Of a DNA stretch of 64,000 nt, positions 49,979 to 60,090 are shown one piece after another. The position numbers and the translations under genes are program-made. Position 1 is the first letter of the stretch, and the number at the start of each line of letters is the position of its first letter. Origin of the DNA: Planctomycetota bacterium. GTDB lineage: Bacteria > Planctomycetota > JAJSAM01 > JAJVHW01. Location of the stretch: NCBI GenBank assembly GCA_965248445.1, contig CBDFJG010000003.1, forward strand, positions 192,001-256,000. Direction: 5' to 3'. The notes below the pieces were generated by a model. That model searched no databases. It worked only from the letters and a program-made list of their open reading frames with translations, and had not been told where the DNA came from.

Positions 49979-50626
49979 CTAGCGCACTTCCTCGGTCTCG
50001 GTCTTGTCGGGCTTGTCGGTCTCCTCGATCTTGTCCGGCTTGTCGGCTTCCTTGCGCGTGTACGTCATTCGCACCGACGTCTGCTCCGTGCCGTCGGGTC
50101 CGATGCTGAGCATCTCCACGACGCCGGTGTTCTCGTCCGTCCAGCTGACGTTCAGCTTCCCCTTCTTCTTCTCGCCGGTCATCCAGTCCGGGTCGTTCGT
50201 TTCGAGCGAGATCACGCCGTCCTTGCTGGCACCGCGTGACACGGAGATGTACGTCGACCCGCTGTCGATCCAGATGGCGACGTACTCCTTGTCGACGCGG
50301 TCGAAGCCCATCAGCAGGCGGCCCGTGAAGGACGTGCCCATCATCTCTCCTTGGAACGAGCTCTCGAGGTACCGGTCGTCCCACAGCGACGCGTAAGTCG
50401 CGGTCCCGGCGGACTCCATCGGCGCCGCGCCGGGTGCCATCCAGATCTCCGTCTTCACATCCCAATCGCCGACCCACTTCATGAGTTCGGTATTCTCCGG
50501 GCCCTTCTGCGCCCACTCGGGCGTCGGGAAGCCGCCGCCGCCGTCCTCCTGGGCGCTGACCTGCCCGGCCACGAAGCACGCGCCGCACACCGCCGCCGCC
50601 ATTGCACTTGTCATCCACTTCCGCAT
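49979..50626 (-). CDS. DUF1579-like secreted protein
   Basis: AAGGAG RBS, signal peptide, GPE...L..WVGDW and FTG....GFD...KEYV..WIDS. Confidence 0.8.
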   Translation of the reverse strand: MRKWMTSAMAAAVCGACFVAGQVSAQEDGGGGFPTPEWAQKGPENTELMKWVGDWDVKTEIWMAPGAAPMESAGTATYASLWDDRYLESSFQGEMMGTSFTGRLLMGFDRVDKEYVAIWIDSGSTYISVSRGASKDGVISLETNDPDWMTGEKKKGKLNVSWTDENTGVVEMLSIGPDGTEQTSVRMTYTRKEADKPDKIEETDKPDKTETEEVR

Positions 50627-50782
50627 CTCGAGCTCCTTTCAGTCCGACCTGGGTGGGGAAGAACGTAGCACGCGCCTGGGCTCGGCGGCTCGGTTCGTCA
50701 CTCCAGATTGCCGCTCTCCTGCTACGCTCGGGCCACGAGCCACGCTGGCGGGACGCGACTCCAAGGTGACGCCGCTGCCTTC

Positions 50783-51820
50783 ATGACGAGCACCACCCAA
50801 CCGCTCGACCCCTCGACCTCCGCGCCGCTGCGTCATCCGGAGCGGGAGGGGCTGACCGAGGAGCAGCGGTGGCAAGGCAAGCGAGACCGAAAGCGAGCCA
50901 GGGCCAAGCGGGCGCGTCTTCGCAGTTTCTTCTTGAAGCCGGCGATCGCCGTCGCGGGCTTGTTGCCCTTGCGCGTCGCGGGCGCACTCGGCGAATTCGT
51001 TGGCCTGATGGCCTACCTCCTCGTCGGCAAGTACCGCAGGCGCGTGCTGGAACACCTCGAGTTGGCGTTCGGCGACGAGTACGACGAGCGCGCCCGGCGT
51101 GCACTCGGTCGTCGCAACTTCCGGTTCATGGGCCGCTCGATCATGTCGTTTTTCGCGTATCACCGGCTCGGCACCGAGCGCGCACTGGCGCATGTGCGCG
51201 CAGAGGGTGAGGAACACCTCCATGCGGCGCTCGCCGAGGGCCACGGCGTGCTCCTGGTGGGCGCCCACTACGGACTCGTGGAGTTGGCGGCGTGCTGGTG
51301 TGCCGCGCGGCATGGTGCTTCAGTTGTCGGGCGCCGCGAGAGCGGCACCAATCCCCTGCGCCTGCTCTACACCATGCGCGAGGAACTCGGTTGCCCGACC
51401 ATCCGGCGCGGAGATCCGCGGCAGATTCTGCGTTGCCTCCATGCGAACAAGCCGGTCGGGATCCTCGTCGATCACGCCATCGCCGATGTTCAGGGAGTGT
51501 TCCTGCCGTTTTTCGGCCGCCTTGCCATGACCGTGACCGGGCCCGCAGTCATCGCACATCGCACGGCGTCTCCGCTGGTCCCCATGTTCATCGAATGGGA
51601 CGGACCGACGACACACCGCGTGATCGTGCAGCCAGCGTTGCACCTGCGAACGGACCTGCCGCGGCACGAGGCGATCGTCGATCTCACCGCTCGTCTGAAC
51701 TCCGTCGTCGAGGCACAGATCCGGCGGCTCCCGGAGCAGTGGTTCTGGCTGCACAAGCGTTGGGACGAGAACCCCGAGGACTTCCCGGAGCACCCCGTCT
51801 ACGACCGGCCGCGGCACTGA
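50783..51820 (+). CDS. Lipid A late acyltransferase (LpxL/HtrB family)
   Basis: HYGLVE (HxxxxE), ILVDH, FLPFFG and IRRLPEQWFWLHKRW. Confidence 0.9.
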   Translation: MTSTTQPLDPSTSAPLRHPEREGLTEEQRWQGKRDRKRARAKRARLRSFFLKPAIAVAGLLPLRVAGALGEFVGLMAYLLVGKYRRRVLEHLELAFGDEYDERARRALGRRNFRFMGRSIMSFFAYHRLGTERALAHVRAEGEEHLHAALAEGHGVLLVGAHYGLVELAACWCAARHGASVVGRRESGTNPLRLLYTMREELGCPTIRRGDPRQILRCLHANKPVGILVDHAIADVQGVFLPFFGRLAMTVTGPAVIAHRTASPLVPMFIEWDGPTTHRVIVQPALHLRTDLPRHEAIVDLTARLNSVVEAQIRRLPEQWFWLHKRWDENPEDFPEHPVYDRPRH

Positions 51821-51845
51821 GCCTGCGGCTGCGGTACCGTACGTC

Positions 51846-52202
51846 ATGGCGTCTGGGGGAGTGGTCTGGTCGAGTGATCGCGGTCGCATGTGTCCGCGCT
51901 GCGGCGGCGCGAAAAGCGAGTGCACGTGCGCGAGCGCCGCGCCCGGCGTCGCTCCGGCAGCCGGCGCGACCGTGCGCGTCGAGCGCCAGACGAAGGGACG
52001 CCGGGGGCGCGGTGTCACCGTCGTAACCGACCTGCCTCTCTCCAAGACGGACCTCGCGACGCTGGCGAAGTCGCTCAAGCGCCGCTGCGGTTCGGGTGGG
52101 ACGGTCAAGGACGGCGTCATCGAGATCCAGGGCGACCACCGCGACATGCTCGTTGCGGAGCTTGGGAAGCAGGGCTACACGGTCAAGCGGGTGGGCGGCT
52201 GA
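51846..52202 (+). CDS. yciH: SUI1/eIF1-family translation initiation factor
   Basis: KGRRGRGVTVV, LKRRCGSGGTVKDGVIEIQGDHR and N-terminal CPRC...C.C. Confidence 0.93.
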   Translation: MASGGVVWSSDRGRMCPRCGGAKSECTCASAAPGVAPAAGATVRVERQTKGRRGRGVTVVTDLPLSKTDLATLAKSLKRRCGSGGTVKDGVIEIQGDHRDMLVAELGKQGYTVKRVGG

Positions 52203-52998
52203 TCCGCGCCAGCCGCAATGCTGCGAACACCATGGCGGCGGCGGCGAGCAGAAGCGTGACCAGGCCGCCCGACGAGCGGGAGGCCGGATAGAGCACGCCG
52301 ACGGACAGCGTCGTGAACGTGGAGCGCAACGACGGTGCGGCGGAGACCGAGAGCATCTCGCGCTGCACGGACGCATCGGCACCGACGCGGACGATCTCGA
52401 CACTCACCTCGTCCGACTCGGATTCCGCCGAGAAGGCCGCGGCCCAACCGAGTTCCGGAGCGGCCTCCGGCGCCGTCGTGAACAGGAAGCGCGCCGCGAC
52501 GTCGTCGGCCGGGACGCGCTCCGCGTTCCCCTGCGAACCGGGTCCCCAACTCGTGAAGAGGCAGTCGCGATCGCGGAACGACCAGTCCGGAGCGCAGACG
52601 TACTGTTGGAACTGAGCGAGCTGCCGCACATCTTCGTTTCCCGCGACGGCCACGAGCGGCGTTCCGGACGACCGGATCGTCACCGCGATCCGGAGAGGAT
52701 CGCCGTCGCCGAGAACGTCGCCGAGCAGGATGACCGAGCGAAGTCCATCCACATCGGAGACGAGGGACAGCGCCCGGCCGAGTGCAGCGTGGCTGCCACG
52801 GATCGGCCCGACGACCGCGAACGCGAACGGCGAGAACGGCTCGTCGCCGCCGAGCTCCGGAAGGCCGCCGTCGTACTCGCCGACGCGCACGGCGCCGGCG
52901 GTCGCTTCGGCAGCCGCGGTGCGACCGGACATCGTGGCGGCGACGAGCAGGAGCGCAGATGCGAGCAGCAGTGCAGCGATGGCGTGGCGGAGCAGCAT
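52183..52998 (-). CDS. Membrane-anchored degenerate metallophosphoesterase-fold protein
   Basis: FAVVGPIRG, ILLGDV and VAGNED, with N- and C-terminal hydrophobic helices. Confidence 0.6.
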   Translation of the reverse strand: MLLRHAIAALLLASALLLVAATMSGRTAAAEATAGAVRVGEYDGGLPELGGDEPFSPFAFAVVGPIRGSHAALGRALSLVSDVDGLRSVILLGDVLGDGDPLRIAVTIRSSGTPLVAVAGNEDVRQLAQFQQYVCAPDWSFRDRDCLFTSWGPGSQGNAERVPADDVAARFLFTTAPEAAPELGWAAAFSAESESDEVSVEIVRVGADASVQREMLSVSAAPSLRSTFTTLSVGVLYPASRSSGGLVTLLLAAAAMVFAALRLARISRPPA

Positions 52999-53073
52999 GA
53001 TCCGTCCTCGAGAGGTCAGCCCAGGAGAGCGGCGAGCTCTGCGTGGTGCAGAACCCGCCGCGTGGGGGAGTGC

Positions 53074-54012
53074 CTACTCAACTTCCTCGAACAGGACTTC
53101 GTCCTCGGGCAGAGGCACCGGCACCGGCACCGGATCGGCAGGATCCGTGTTCGGCATCCGGCAGCGGTAGCCCATGACTCCGTCGAACCACCAGCCGACC
53201 TTGCGGAGCTGGCAGAAATCGAACGGGTCGGCGGCGTCTGCATCGACACCCAGCCGGCCCTCGAACGTGCCGATGAGCACGGACTCGCTGATCGTCTTGA
53301 GGTGCGCGATCGCGACGGTGTCGTCCCCGAAGTACTTGTTGAGGAGCCTCAGGCCGGGCTTGTGCGGGGAGCCCTGGTAGTAGCCCTCGTCGTGGAACGG
53401 GGCGCTGCAGCGACCGGCTTCGGCGGTGTCCACGACCGGCGTGATGCCCCGGCGCGGGCGCAGGCCCTGTGTTCCGATCAGGCCGACGTCGAAGAGCACG
53501 GCGCGATGGACCGAGTCTTCGCAGCCCTGCACGACGGCGACGATCCGCATGCGGCCGATCCAGCCGCCGACCGGCGTGATGCCGTTCGGGCCGATGTCTC
53601 GGATCCAGCGCGAGGTGTCGGCCTGGACCCGGTAGCGGACGCCCTCGTCCGTGATCGGCCCGAAGATCTCGTCGCACTGCGTGGTGCTGAGCTCGCGGTC
53701 GACCTGAATCGAGCGCACGAACTGGTAGGTCTCGGACGTGCCGGGCTGGATGCCGGGGCAGCGGTAGTCCCAGCACGAGACCACCTTGACGGCAGCTCCC
53801 ACGTCCATTGAGTTGACGCGCAAACCGAAGAACGGGCCGCGTGTGTCGTCCACGGGCCGCGTGTTGTCGCGCTCGTTGGCGAAGCTCGCCACGGCGCTCT
53901 TGCCGCGCCGGTTCTTGGCCTCGGCCGGCGTAGTACCAATGAACGGTGCTGCGGCCAAGCCGACGACTGCGACCGCGGTCAGCGCGGTGCGTACGTTATG
54001 CGTGATTCGCAT
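53074..54012 (-). CDS. Secreted Cys-containing hypothetical protein
   Basis: AGGAG RBS, signal peptide ending AEA, seven Cys and an acidic Pro-rich tail. Confidence 0.75.
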   Translation of the reverse strand: MRITHNVRTALTAVAVVGLAAAPFIGTTPAEAKNRRGKSAVASFANERDNTRPVDDTRGPFFGLRVNSMDVGAAVKVVSCWDYRCPGIQPGTSETYQFVRSIQVDRELSTTQCDEIFGPITDEGVRYRVQADTSRWIRDIGPNGITPVGGWIGRMRIVAVVQGCEDSVHRAVLFDVGLIGTQGLRPRRGITPVVDTAEAGRCSAPFHDEGYYQGSPHKPGLRLLNKYFGDDTVAIAHLKTISESVLIGTFEGRLGVDADAADPFDFCQLRKVGWWFDGVMGYRCRMPNTDPADPVPVPVPLPEDEVLFEEVE

Positions 54013-54250
54013 CTCTCCTGAACCTCCTGCGGCGCGATGAGTGGTGCGCTGCGAACGTCCCACTCGTCCTGTCATCGGGCCGCGTCTCTGACCGTTTCTC
54101 AGATCGGGAGACGCGCGCGTTACGCGAGGAGGTCGTGCGCCGGGATTCGTGCCCCGACGACGCTTCGACCCTCAGCGCGTCCGCCTGTTGCACCGCCGTT
54201 ACGTCCGCCGGCCGCTCTCTGTCGTTTCATGACTGTGGAGACGACCCGAC

Positions 54251-54931
54251 GTGCGAACCCTCACAGCCAGAGCGCCCCTCCGAGCGATCACGCCGCCCGT
54301 CTTCTGGGCGGCCACGCTCGCGCTGAGCGTGCTGATCGTCGTCAATGCGGTGCCGTACTTCTCGTTCGGACGGGACTTCGACTTCCTGATCGAGAAGGGC
54401 GCTCGGGCCGGCGACCCGATCTGGCGGGCGGCGTTGTTCCATCACATCGCGGGCTCGCTCGTGTGTCTCGTCACCGGGCCGGTGTTGCTGTCCGGGCGCG
54501 CGCTGCGCGCTTCGAAGACGCTCCACCGCCGGCTCGGCTGGACGTACGTGCTCAGCGTGCTCTGTGTCGCGGCGCCTGCCGGGCTCTACCTCGCGCTCTT
54601 CGCGAAGGGCGGGTTCCTCGGCCAGAGCGGATTCGTCCTCGCGGGGCTGGCGTGGTTCGCGTCGACGTGGTTCGGCCTCCGCGCGATCCAGCAGCGCCGC
54701 ATGGCGGTGCACCTGACGTGGATGGCGCGGTCCTACGCCATCGCGTGGTCCGCCATCTCGTTCCGAGTCTTTCAGGTCGCGCTCTACGCAATCGGCGTCG
54801 GCGCGGACACCAACTACGTCGCCTCTCTCTGGCTGAGTCTCGGCACCAGTGTCGTGCTCGGCGAGTGGGGGGCCGCCCATCTGCGCGGGACGCTGCGAGC
54901 CCGCGCCCTCTCGACTGGAGTCATCCCATGA
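54251..54931 (+). CDS. DUF2306-like membrane protein
   Basis: HI..G, LHRRLGWTY and H..WMARSYA, with six TM helices. Confidence 0.82.
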   Translation: MRTLTARAPLRAITPPVFWAATLALSVLIVVNAVPYFSFGRDFDFLIEKGARAGDPIWRAALFHHIAGSLVCLVTGPVLLSGRALRASKTLHRRLGWTYVLSVLCVAAPAGLYLALFAKGGFLGQSGFVLAGLAWFASTWFGLRAIQQRRMAVHLTWMARSYAIAWSAISFRVFQVALYAIGVGADTNYVASLWLSLGTSVVLGEWGAAHLRGTLRARALSTGVIP

Positions 54932-55422
54932 AGCCCCTCCTCCCGTTCGCATTCGTGAGCGCCGTGTCGTTCGCGTTCATGGCCGGACAACTGGCGCCCG
55001 CCCCCGAAGCGCTCGCGTGCGGCGACTACATGTCGCTGATGACCGAACTCACGCAGGCCGACGTCGATCTCGCTGTCAGCCTGCTCGAGAAGCAGGTGCC
55101 GGACCGCCTGACGGCGCTCGGTACCGCGCAGCCCGAGCGAAAGCTCTTCTCTCGCGCCGCACCTCGGCCCGTCACGGCGTCGTCCGTCGTGGTGCTGTCC
55201 TACCAGGCGCCCCGCGTCGGCGACCGCGCGTGGGCCGAGTCGAAGACGGTGTTCGGCCCGCTGACCGTTGCCGCCAACGGCACGACCCGCACGAGCACCC
55301 GCTACCGCATCGACCTCGCGACCGAGACCGTCCAGTTGCTGAAGGCAGACAAGTGGGTCGCGGCCGCCGAGTGGACGCGCACAGCCCAGGCGAAGACCGA
55401 GGAGGCGGCAGCGGGTCGGTAG
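54928..55422 (+). CDS. Secreted hypothetical protein
   Basis: ATGA overlap and signal peptide ending ALA-CGDY. Confidence 0.7.
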   Translation: MKPLLPFAFVSAVSFAFMAGQLAPAPEALACGDYMSLMTELTQADVDLAVSLLEKQVPDRLTALGTAQPERKLFSRAAPRPVTASSVVVLSYQAPRVGDRAWAESKTVFGPLTVAANGTTRTSTRYRIDLATETVQLLKADKWVAAAEWTRTAQAKTEEAAAGR

Positions 55423-55427
55423 GCCCG

Positions 55428-56489
55428 TCAACCTGCGAGCGCGGCGCGCGCGACGGCACGCTTGAGTGCGCCGGAGCGGCGGGCGACGCCGAGGGCGAAT
55501 CGCGCAAGGCTCCCGGTGACGAAGCCGGATGCCGCGATGAACCTCCGCGCCCGCTCGCTGTCTCGGATGACCCTCGCTCCGGCGGCGTGCCGCGACGCGC
55601 GGTAACCACTCAGCGTTCCCGCCACGAGACGCTCTGCGAGTTCCGCCGCGTCCGCGATGCCGAGGTTCATGCCGCGGCCGCCGACGGGGGAGTGGCAGTG
55701 CGCGGCGTCGCCCGCGAGGTAGACCCGTCCCGCGGAGTAACTCTGCGCCTGCCGGACGGAGATCTCGAACTGACCCACGCGCCGCACGTTGGTGACCCGC
55801 AGTTCGAGCGGCAGCGTCGCGAGGGCATCGCTCGTGTTCGAGACCACCCGGTAGCGGTCCGGTTCGAGAGGGACCACCACGACGAACTGGCCACTCGGAA
55901 GCACGCAGATGGTCATGGTCGTCGGACGTGGCCACTCCTCGGCGTCGACGTCGGCGATGGACCAGGTCTCCGGCAGATCGATGCCCGCGTACGCGATGCC
56001 GACCGCATCGCGTGTGGCGCTCCCGATCCCGTCTGCGCCGATGACGTAGTCGCACTCCATCTCGTCGCCGTCGCTCGTCACGACACGGACGTGCTCGCCG
56101 GCATCCCGCACGCCGACGAGCGCGGTGCCGTATCGGACGCTCCCCCCGAACCCCGTGAACGCGTCCCGCAGCGCCTCCTCAGTCCGGTCCTGCGGAAGGG
56201 CGAGCGCGTAGTCGCGCTCCGGATGCGCGCCCGCGAACGCGATGCGGAGGCGGCTGCGCGCGCCGCGGAAGATCTCCAGTCCCTCGATGCGAATGCCCTC
56301 GGACAGCAGCCGCTCGGCAACACCCGAGGGACCGAGCGTCCGCAGGCTGCTCGGGAGGATGCCGACCGCGCGCGACAACGTGGACGGGCCAGTCTTCTTG
56401 TCGACGACCACGGGGACTACGCCCCGGCGGGCGAGTTCGACGGCGGCCGTCAGCCCGGTGGGGCCGGCCCCTGCGATCACGACGCGCAT
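55428..56489 (-). CDS. FAD-dependent monooxygenase (PheA/TfdB/UbiH-like)
   Basis: VVIAGAGPTGL, IGADG..S..R and LAGDAAHCHSPVGGRGMNLGIADA. Confidence 0.93.
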   Translation of the reverse strand: MRVVIAGAGPTGLTAAVELARRGVVPVVVDKKTGPSTLSRAVGILPSSLRTLGPSGVAERLLSEGIRIEGLEIFRGARSRLRIAFAGAHPERDYALALPQDRTEEALRDAFTGFGGSVRYGTALVGVRDAGEHVRVVTSDGDEMECDYVIGADGIGSATRDAVGIAYAGIDLPETWSIADVDAEEWPRPTTMTICVLPSGQFVVVVPLEPDRYRVVSNTSDALATLPLELRVTNVRRVGQFEISVRQAQSYSAGRVYLAGDAAHCHSPVGGRGMNLGIADAAELAERLVAGTLSGYRASRHAAGARVIRDSERARRFIAASGFVTGSLARFALGVARRSGALKRAVARAALAG

Positions 56490-56543
56490 GGTTCGCATGA
56501 TGGGTAATGGGTCATCCAGACCCGTGAATTCCTTCACCGTGCG

Positions 56544-56665
56544 CTATGACTCGCGCGAACCCTCGTGCAGGCGCTTCGCCTCGTCGTACGAGCGGAAGAG
56601 AAGCCACGCACTGAACCCGAGGGCATAGACGAGGCCGCCCGCCATCCACCAGGTCAGCGTGTCAC
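56544..56665 (-). pseudogene. Orphan 3' fragment of a membrane-protein gene
   Basis: Reads DTLTWWMAGGLVYALGFSAWLLFRSYDEAKRLHEGSRES* with coding-like codons but no clear 5' part. Confidence 0.4.
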
Positions 56666-56692
56666 GTCCCGCGTGGCACGTAGCCTGTACCC

Positions 56693-57847
56693 GTGACTCA
56701 CGACACGGGTGCGGCCGACCCGGAACAGCCCGAGTACGGCGTCAACCCGCCGCGGCGGCCCGGGGAACCCCGGCAGGCGTTGCCCGGCCCGCCGGTCGCT
56801 GCCGTCCCGTTCTCGCCGGTGCGGTACTGGGCTCCCGGCGTTGCCTTGGCGTTGGCGGTCGTCGTCACAACGGCTTTCATCTACGTGCTGCTGTCTTACG
56901 GCGAGCGGTTCCAAGCGCTCGGGCTACCGTTGATCCTCGGCGGTCCGGTGACCCTCGGATGCGTGCTGGGATACGGGCTCGCGTTCCGGATGGTCGTGCG
57001 CGCGTACTTCGCGGTGACCGTGCTCGGCACGGTTGTGTGGTGCCTCGTCAGCTTCTCGGTGGCCGGACTGTTGTGCGCCCCCATCCTGGCTCTGCTCGGC
57101 GCCCCCGGTGTCGCCATCGGAACGACCCTCGGTGTCGTGCTGCGCAAAAAGCTGAAGAACACGTCATTCTCGCAGCGTCGCTTCCTGCCCGGACTCCTGC
57201 TGGCCGCGCTCACCGTGCTCGGCACCGCGATGCAGTCCGCACTCTTACCACCCGCTGACGAAGAGACGGTGGTGACGACGGCGGTCGTGGATGCTCCGAT
57301 CGAAGCCGTGTGGGCAGCCCGCGCGTTCGACGATCCGAGCCGGATGGCGCCGGCATCGCCGTACTCTCGCCTGGGCCTCCCGTCACCGCGCGGCAACGTC
57401 GGCTCGCTCACAGAGGTGGGGGACCGCAAGGCCTGCCACATCGGGAGCGGCATCCTCCGGCTGCTCGTTGTCGAGTCCGAACCGCCCACCTCGCTCGCGT
57501 TCGTCGTCACCGAGCAGTCCGGTTTCGAGGACAACAACGTCGCGTTGCGTCGTGGACGGCTCTCGCTCCGTGCGCTCGGACCGGACCGCACGCGCGTCGT
57601 GCTGTCGACGACCTACGCGCCGCTGCTGCGCGACCGTCTGCTCTGGCGTCCGATCGAACGCTTCATCGCTCGGGAGTTGCACGGCCACGTCGTCCGCGAG
57701 ATGCGACGGGCGGCGAAGGCTCAGCAGGTCTCGGCCAGCACGACCTCGCGTGGGCAGTTCCAGCGCACCGGAAGCGTGTCGCCCGCGCCGCGGGAGACCA
57801 CGAGCGTCGAGTCGCCCTCCTCGAAACGCAGCCCGTTCCAGCGATAG
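56693..57847 (+). CDS. Membrane protein with C-terminal SRPBCC/START-like domain
   Basis: Five TM helices, then VVTTAVVDAPIEAVW, LGLPSP and TRVVLSTTY...LH..V. The last 127 nt overlap the convergent gene. Confidence 0.78.
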   Translation: MTHDTGAADPEQPEYGVNPPRRPGEPRQALPGPPVAAVPFSPVRYWAPGVALALAVVVTTAFIYVLLSYGERFQALGLPLILGGPVTLGCVLGYGLAFRMVVRAYFAVTVLGTVVWCLVSFSVAGLLCAPILALLGAPGVAIGTTLGVVLRKKLKNTSFSQRRFLPGLLLAALTVLGTAMQSALLPPADEETVVTTAVVDAPIEAVWAARAFDDPSRMAPASPYSRLGLPSPRGNVGSLTEVGDRKACHIGSGILRLLVVESEPPTSLAFVVTEQSGFEDNNVALRRGRLSLRALGPDRTRVVLSTTYAPLLRDRLLWRPIERFIARELHGHVVREMRRAAKAQQVSASTTSRGQFQRTGSVSPAPRETTSVESPSSKRSPFQR

Positions 57848-58404
57848 AACCACGCGCCCGGGTACATGCGCCCACGGGCGGTGTACGCGACCCATTGGCA
57901 GCCGTGCAGGTGACCGGCGAGCGTGAGCCGAACGCCGCTCTTGCGGGCCTCCGGCCAGACCTGCGGGTAGTGCGCGCAGAGCACGTGTGCGTCACGCCGC
58001 ACTCGCCCCTCGATCACGACGCCGTCCAGGTCGAGCGGTGCGTCGGGAAGCCAGCGCCCACCGGCGCCGACCACCGCATCGCGAACCGCGCGAACCCCGG
58101 CCAGCGCGTCGTGATTGCCCGGCACCGCCGCGACGGTCACGGTCCTCGCGAGACCGGCGATGGCCTCGCCGAGCGCGCGCACGCCACGCGGGCCGTCCGC
58201 GAGGTCGCCGCCGAGCAGCAGCGCGTCTGGTTCCGTCTCGGCAACCGCTTCGAGAAGTAGCGCGGGGACGTTGCGCGTCCACGCCCGGCCCAGGTGCAGG
58301 TCACTTGCGTAGAGCAGTCGAGGGCCCGATCCGCCGAGACCGATGTCGACGCTCTCCTGACGCACGTGCAGGTGCAGCGAGCGTCCGACCACCAAACGAC
58401 TCAC
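57721..58404 (-). CDS. Calcineurin-like metallophosphoesterase (YkuE-like)
   Basis: SDLH, GGDLAD, GNHD, H.P and AGHLHG. GTGA overlap with the upstream stop. Confidence 0.9.
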   Translation of the reverse strand: MSRLVVGRSLHLHVRQESVDIGLGGSGPRLLYASDLHLGRAWTRNVPALLLEAVAETEPDALLLGGDLADGPRGVRALGEAIAGLARTVTVAAVPGNHDALAGVRAVRDAVVGAGGRWLPDAPLDLDGVVIEGRVRRDAHVLCAHYPQVWPEARKSGVRLTLAGHLHGCQWVAYTARGRMYPGAWFYRWNGLRFEEGDSTLVVSRGAGDTLPVRWNCPREVVLAETC

Positions 58405-58982
58405 GCCACCACGCTGTTTCGAGACTTGGGGAGCGACTTGGCGCTCTCTGTCGCCGTGCGTGCGTGCTCGTACCAGAGCAACACCGCGAGGCAACCGAGG
58501 CACCATGAGCGCACGATCCCGCGGCCGCCGAGACCGCCGAAGAGCATCACCGTGGCCAGGACAGAGACGGTGCCCATCGCTGCGATCACACCGCCCGCAC
58601 GCGCGACGAGCGCGCGGGACGCAGCGAAGGGGCTCTCCGCGCCGTCGAGGGCCGCGGGGAACGCGAACACGAGCGACGCTTCGACGGCATAGAACGCCGG
58701 AAGAGCCGCCAACAGCCACCACGCGGATCCCGTTACCCACGCGAGTGCCGCGGGGACGAGCGCGGCGACCGTGCACGCGCCGTACTTCAGCACGCCGAGT
58801 TGAGTGAACGACCGGTGTCCCTCCGGCGCCCGGCCGCGCAGCACGCCGAGGGCGGCGCGCATCCACTCCGCTCCGCCGCGGAACCCGGCGCGAGCGGCGC
58901 TTCGCGCACGTCCCGCCAAGTCGTGCGCCGGATCGTCATAGACGAGTGCGGCATCGCGCATCAGGTGGATCGCTTCACGCAC
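58401..58982 (-). CDS. Hypothetical membrane protein
   Basis: LGVLKY, FYAVE...VF.FP..LDG and WCLGCLAVLLWYE. Overlaps both neighbours. Confidence 0.7.
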   Translation of the reverse strand: MREAIHLMRDAALVYDDPAHDLAGRARSAARAGFRGGAEWMRAALGVLRGRAPEGHRSFTQLGVLKYGACTVAALVPAALAWVTGSAWWLLAALPAFYAVEASLVFAFPAALDGAESPFAASRALVARAGGVIAAMGTVSVLATVMLFGGLGGRGIVRSWCLGCLAVLLWYEHARTATESAKSLPKSRNSVVA

Positions 58983-59499
58983 CGCCGTGTTCCACGAAAC
59001 ACCACTGCGCCCACGCGAGCCATGCGATGCCCATGCCGATGGTGAGCACGCGGTGCAGCATCGACTCGAGGCGGCTGCAGCGGCGATGGAACGTGAACTC
59101 GTCGTAGCAGATGAGAACCAACGTCGCACCCGCGACCACGAGCACCGGAATCAGTAGGTGTCGCGGCTCAGGCGAGAGCGTTGCGAGCGACATGAGGACG
59201 AACAGCGGCAGTCCGCCGCCGAACAGTGCGAGGAACTCCGCGCGGCGCTCCGCGTGCCCGACCCGCCGGCCGCCGCGCCGGTGGTATTGCCAGTCGGCAA
59301 CGCCGGCCGCCGTCGCGAGCGTTCCGGCGACGGCGACGATGCCGAGCTGCCACGGCAGGGGCGCATCTCCCGTCAGCCACGGGAACCGCATGTCGCCGCG
59401 CAGCACGAGCAGGCCGACCGCGAACAGCACACCGGGAAGGACCGCGGCGCAGACGTTCGCAACCTGGAGAGGCTCGAACCTGCGAACGGCGACGGACAT
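58975..59499 (-). CDS. Hypothetical membrane protein with His/Glu/Asp motifs
   Basis: DWQYHR, AERRAE, YDEFTFH and LESMLH, with five TM helices. Confidence 0.72.
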   Translation of the reverse strand: MSVAVRRFEPLQVANVCAAVLPGVLFAVGLLVLRGDMRFPWLTGDAPLPWQLGIVAVAGTLATAAGVADWQYHRRGGRRVGHAERRAEFLALFGGGLPLFVLMSLATLSPEPRHLLIPVLVVAGATLVLICYDEFTFHRRCSRLESMLHRVLTIGMGIAWLAWAQWCFVEHGGA

Positions 59500-59562
59500 C
59501 CGCGACAAACTACGACGCGACGCCGACGCCGCCGGACGAGCCAGCTTGCTGGGCAGCGGGGG

Positions 59563-60090
59563 TCAGAGACCGAAGTGGAAGAGGTGGTAGATCCGACCTC
59601 GCTTCAAACCGCCACCGAAGTGACGTGTGGCGGAGTGGAACACCCCTCCCGGGAACAGCAGCGCACGGTTGTAGAGATTGCCGATCCGGCCCACCTCTTC
59701 CCAGCGTCGCTTGCGCGGGCTGTCCTCCTCGAGTTCTTCCAGTATATCGGCGAGAGGTGTGCGCAGTCGTTTGGCATCGCGCCACGTGGGCTTGGCGAGG
59801 AGACCCGTGCGCCGGTGGCGCCAGAACGACGTGCCGGCGTCCGCGGGCGCACCGGGCGTGAGGTAGACGAGCATCGAGATCCACGCGGTCGGCTCGTCAT
59901 AGTGCACGCCGACGGCCTCTGCCTTGTGGCCCTTGGCGAGCGCACTGAAGAACACGCCCTGGCCGAAGTCCTTATGTGCGTTGTCGGTGTGCCACTCGCG
60001 AATCCGCTGGCCGAGCGCCTTCTCGATCCGCCCGCGAATGCCTCGGGGGAAGTACGGCGCCGTCCGCCAGCCGGTCACCTCTTCGTACAC
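59563..60090 (-). CDS. 2OG-Fe(II) oxygenase-like protein (DUF6445-like), probably 5'-truncated
   Basis: HYD (HxD), LVYLTP, GTSFW, YNRALLF...FHS and a terminal R. The usual N-terminal segment and a convincing start are lacking. Confidence 0.7.
   Translation of the reverse strand: MYEEVTGWRTAPYFPRGIRGRIEKALGQRIREWHTDNAHKDFGQGVFFSALAKGHKAEAVGVHYDEPTAWISMLVYLTPGAPADAGTSFWRHRRTGLLAKPTWRDAKRLRTPLADILEELEEDSPRKRRWEEVGRIGNLYNRALLFPGGVFHSATRHFGGGLKRGRIYHLFHFGL

Noticed and set aside
57721..57847. 127-nt convergent overlap as a functional dual-coding region
   Set aside because: The tail of the plus-strand protein is low-information antisense sequence and more likely reflects a lost stop codon.
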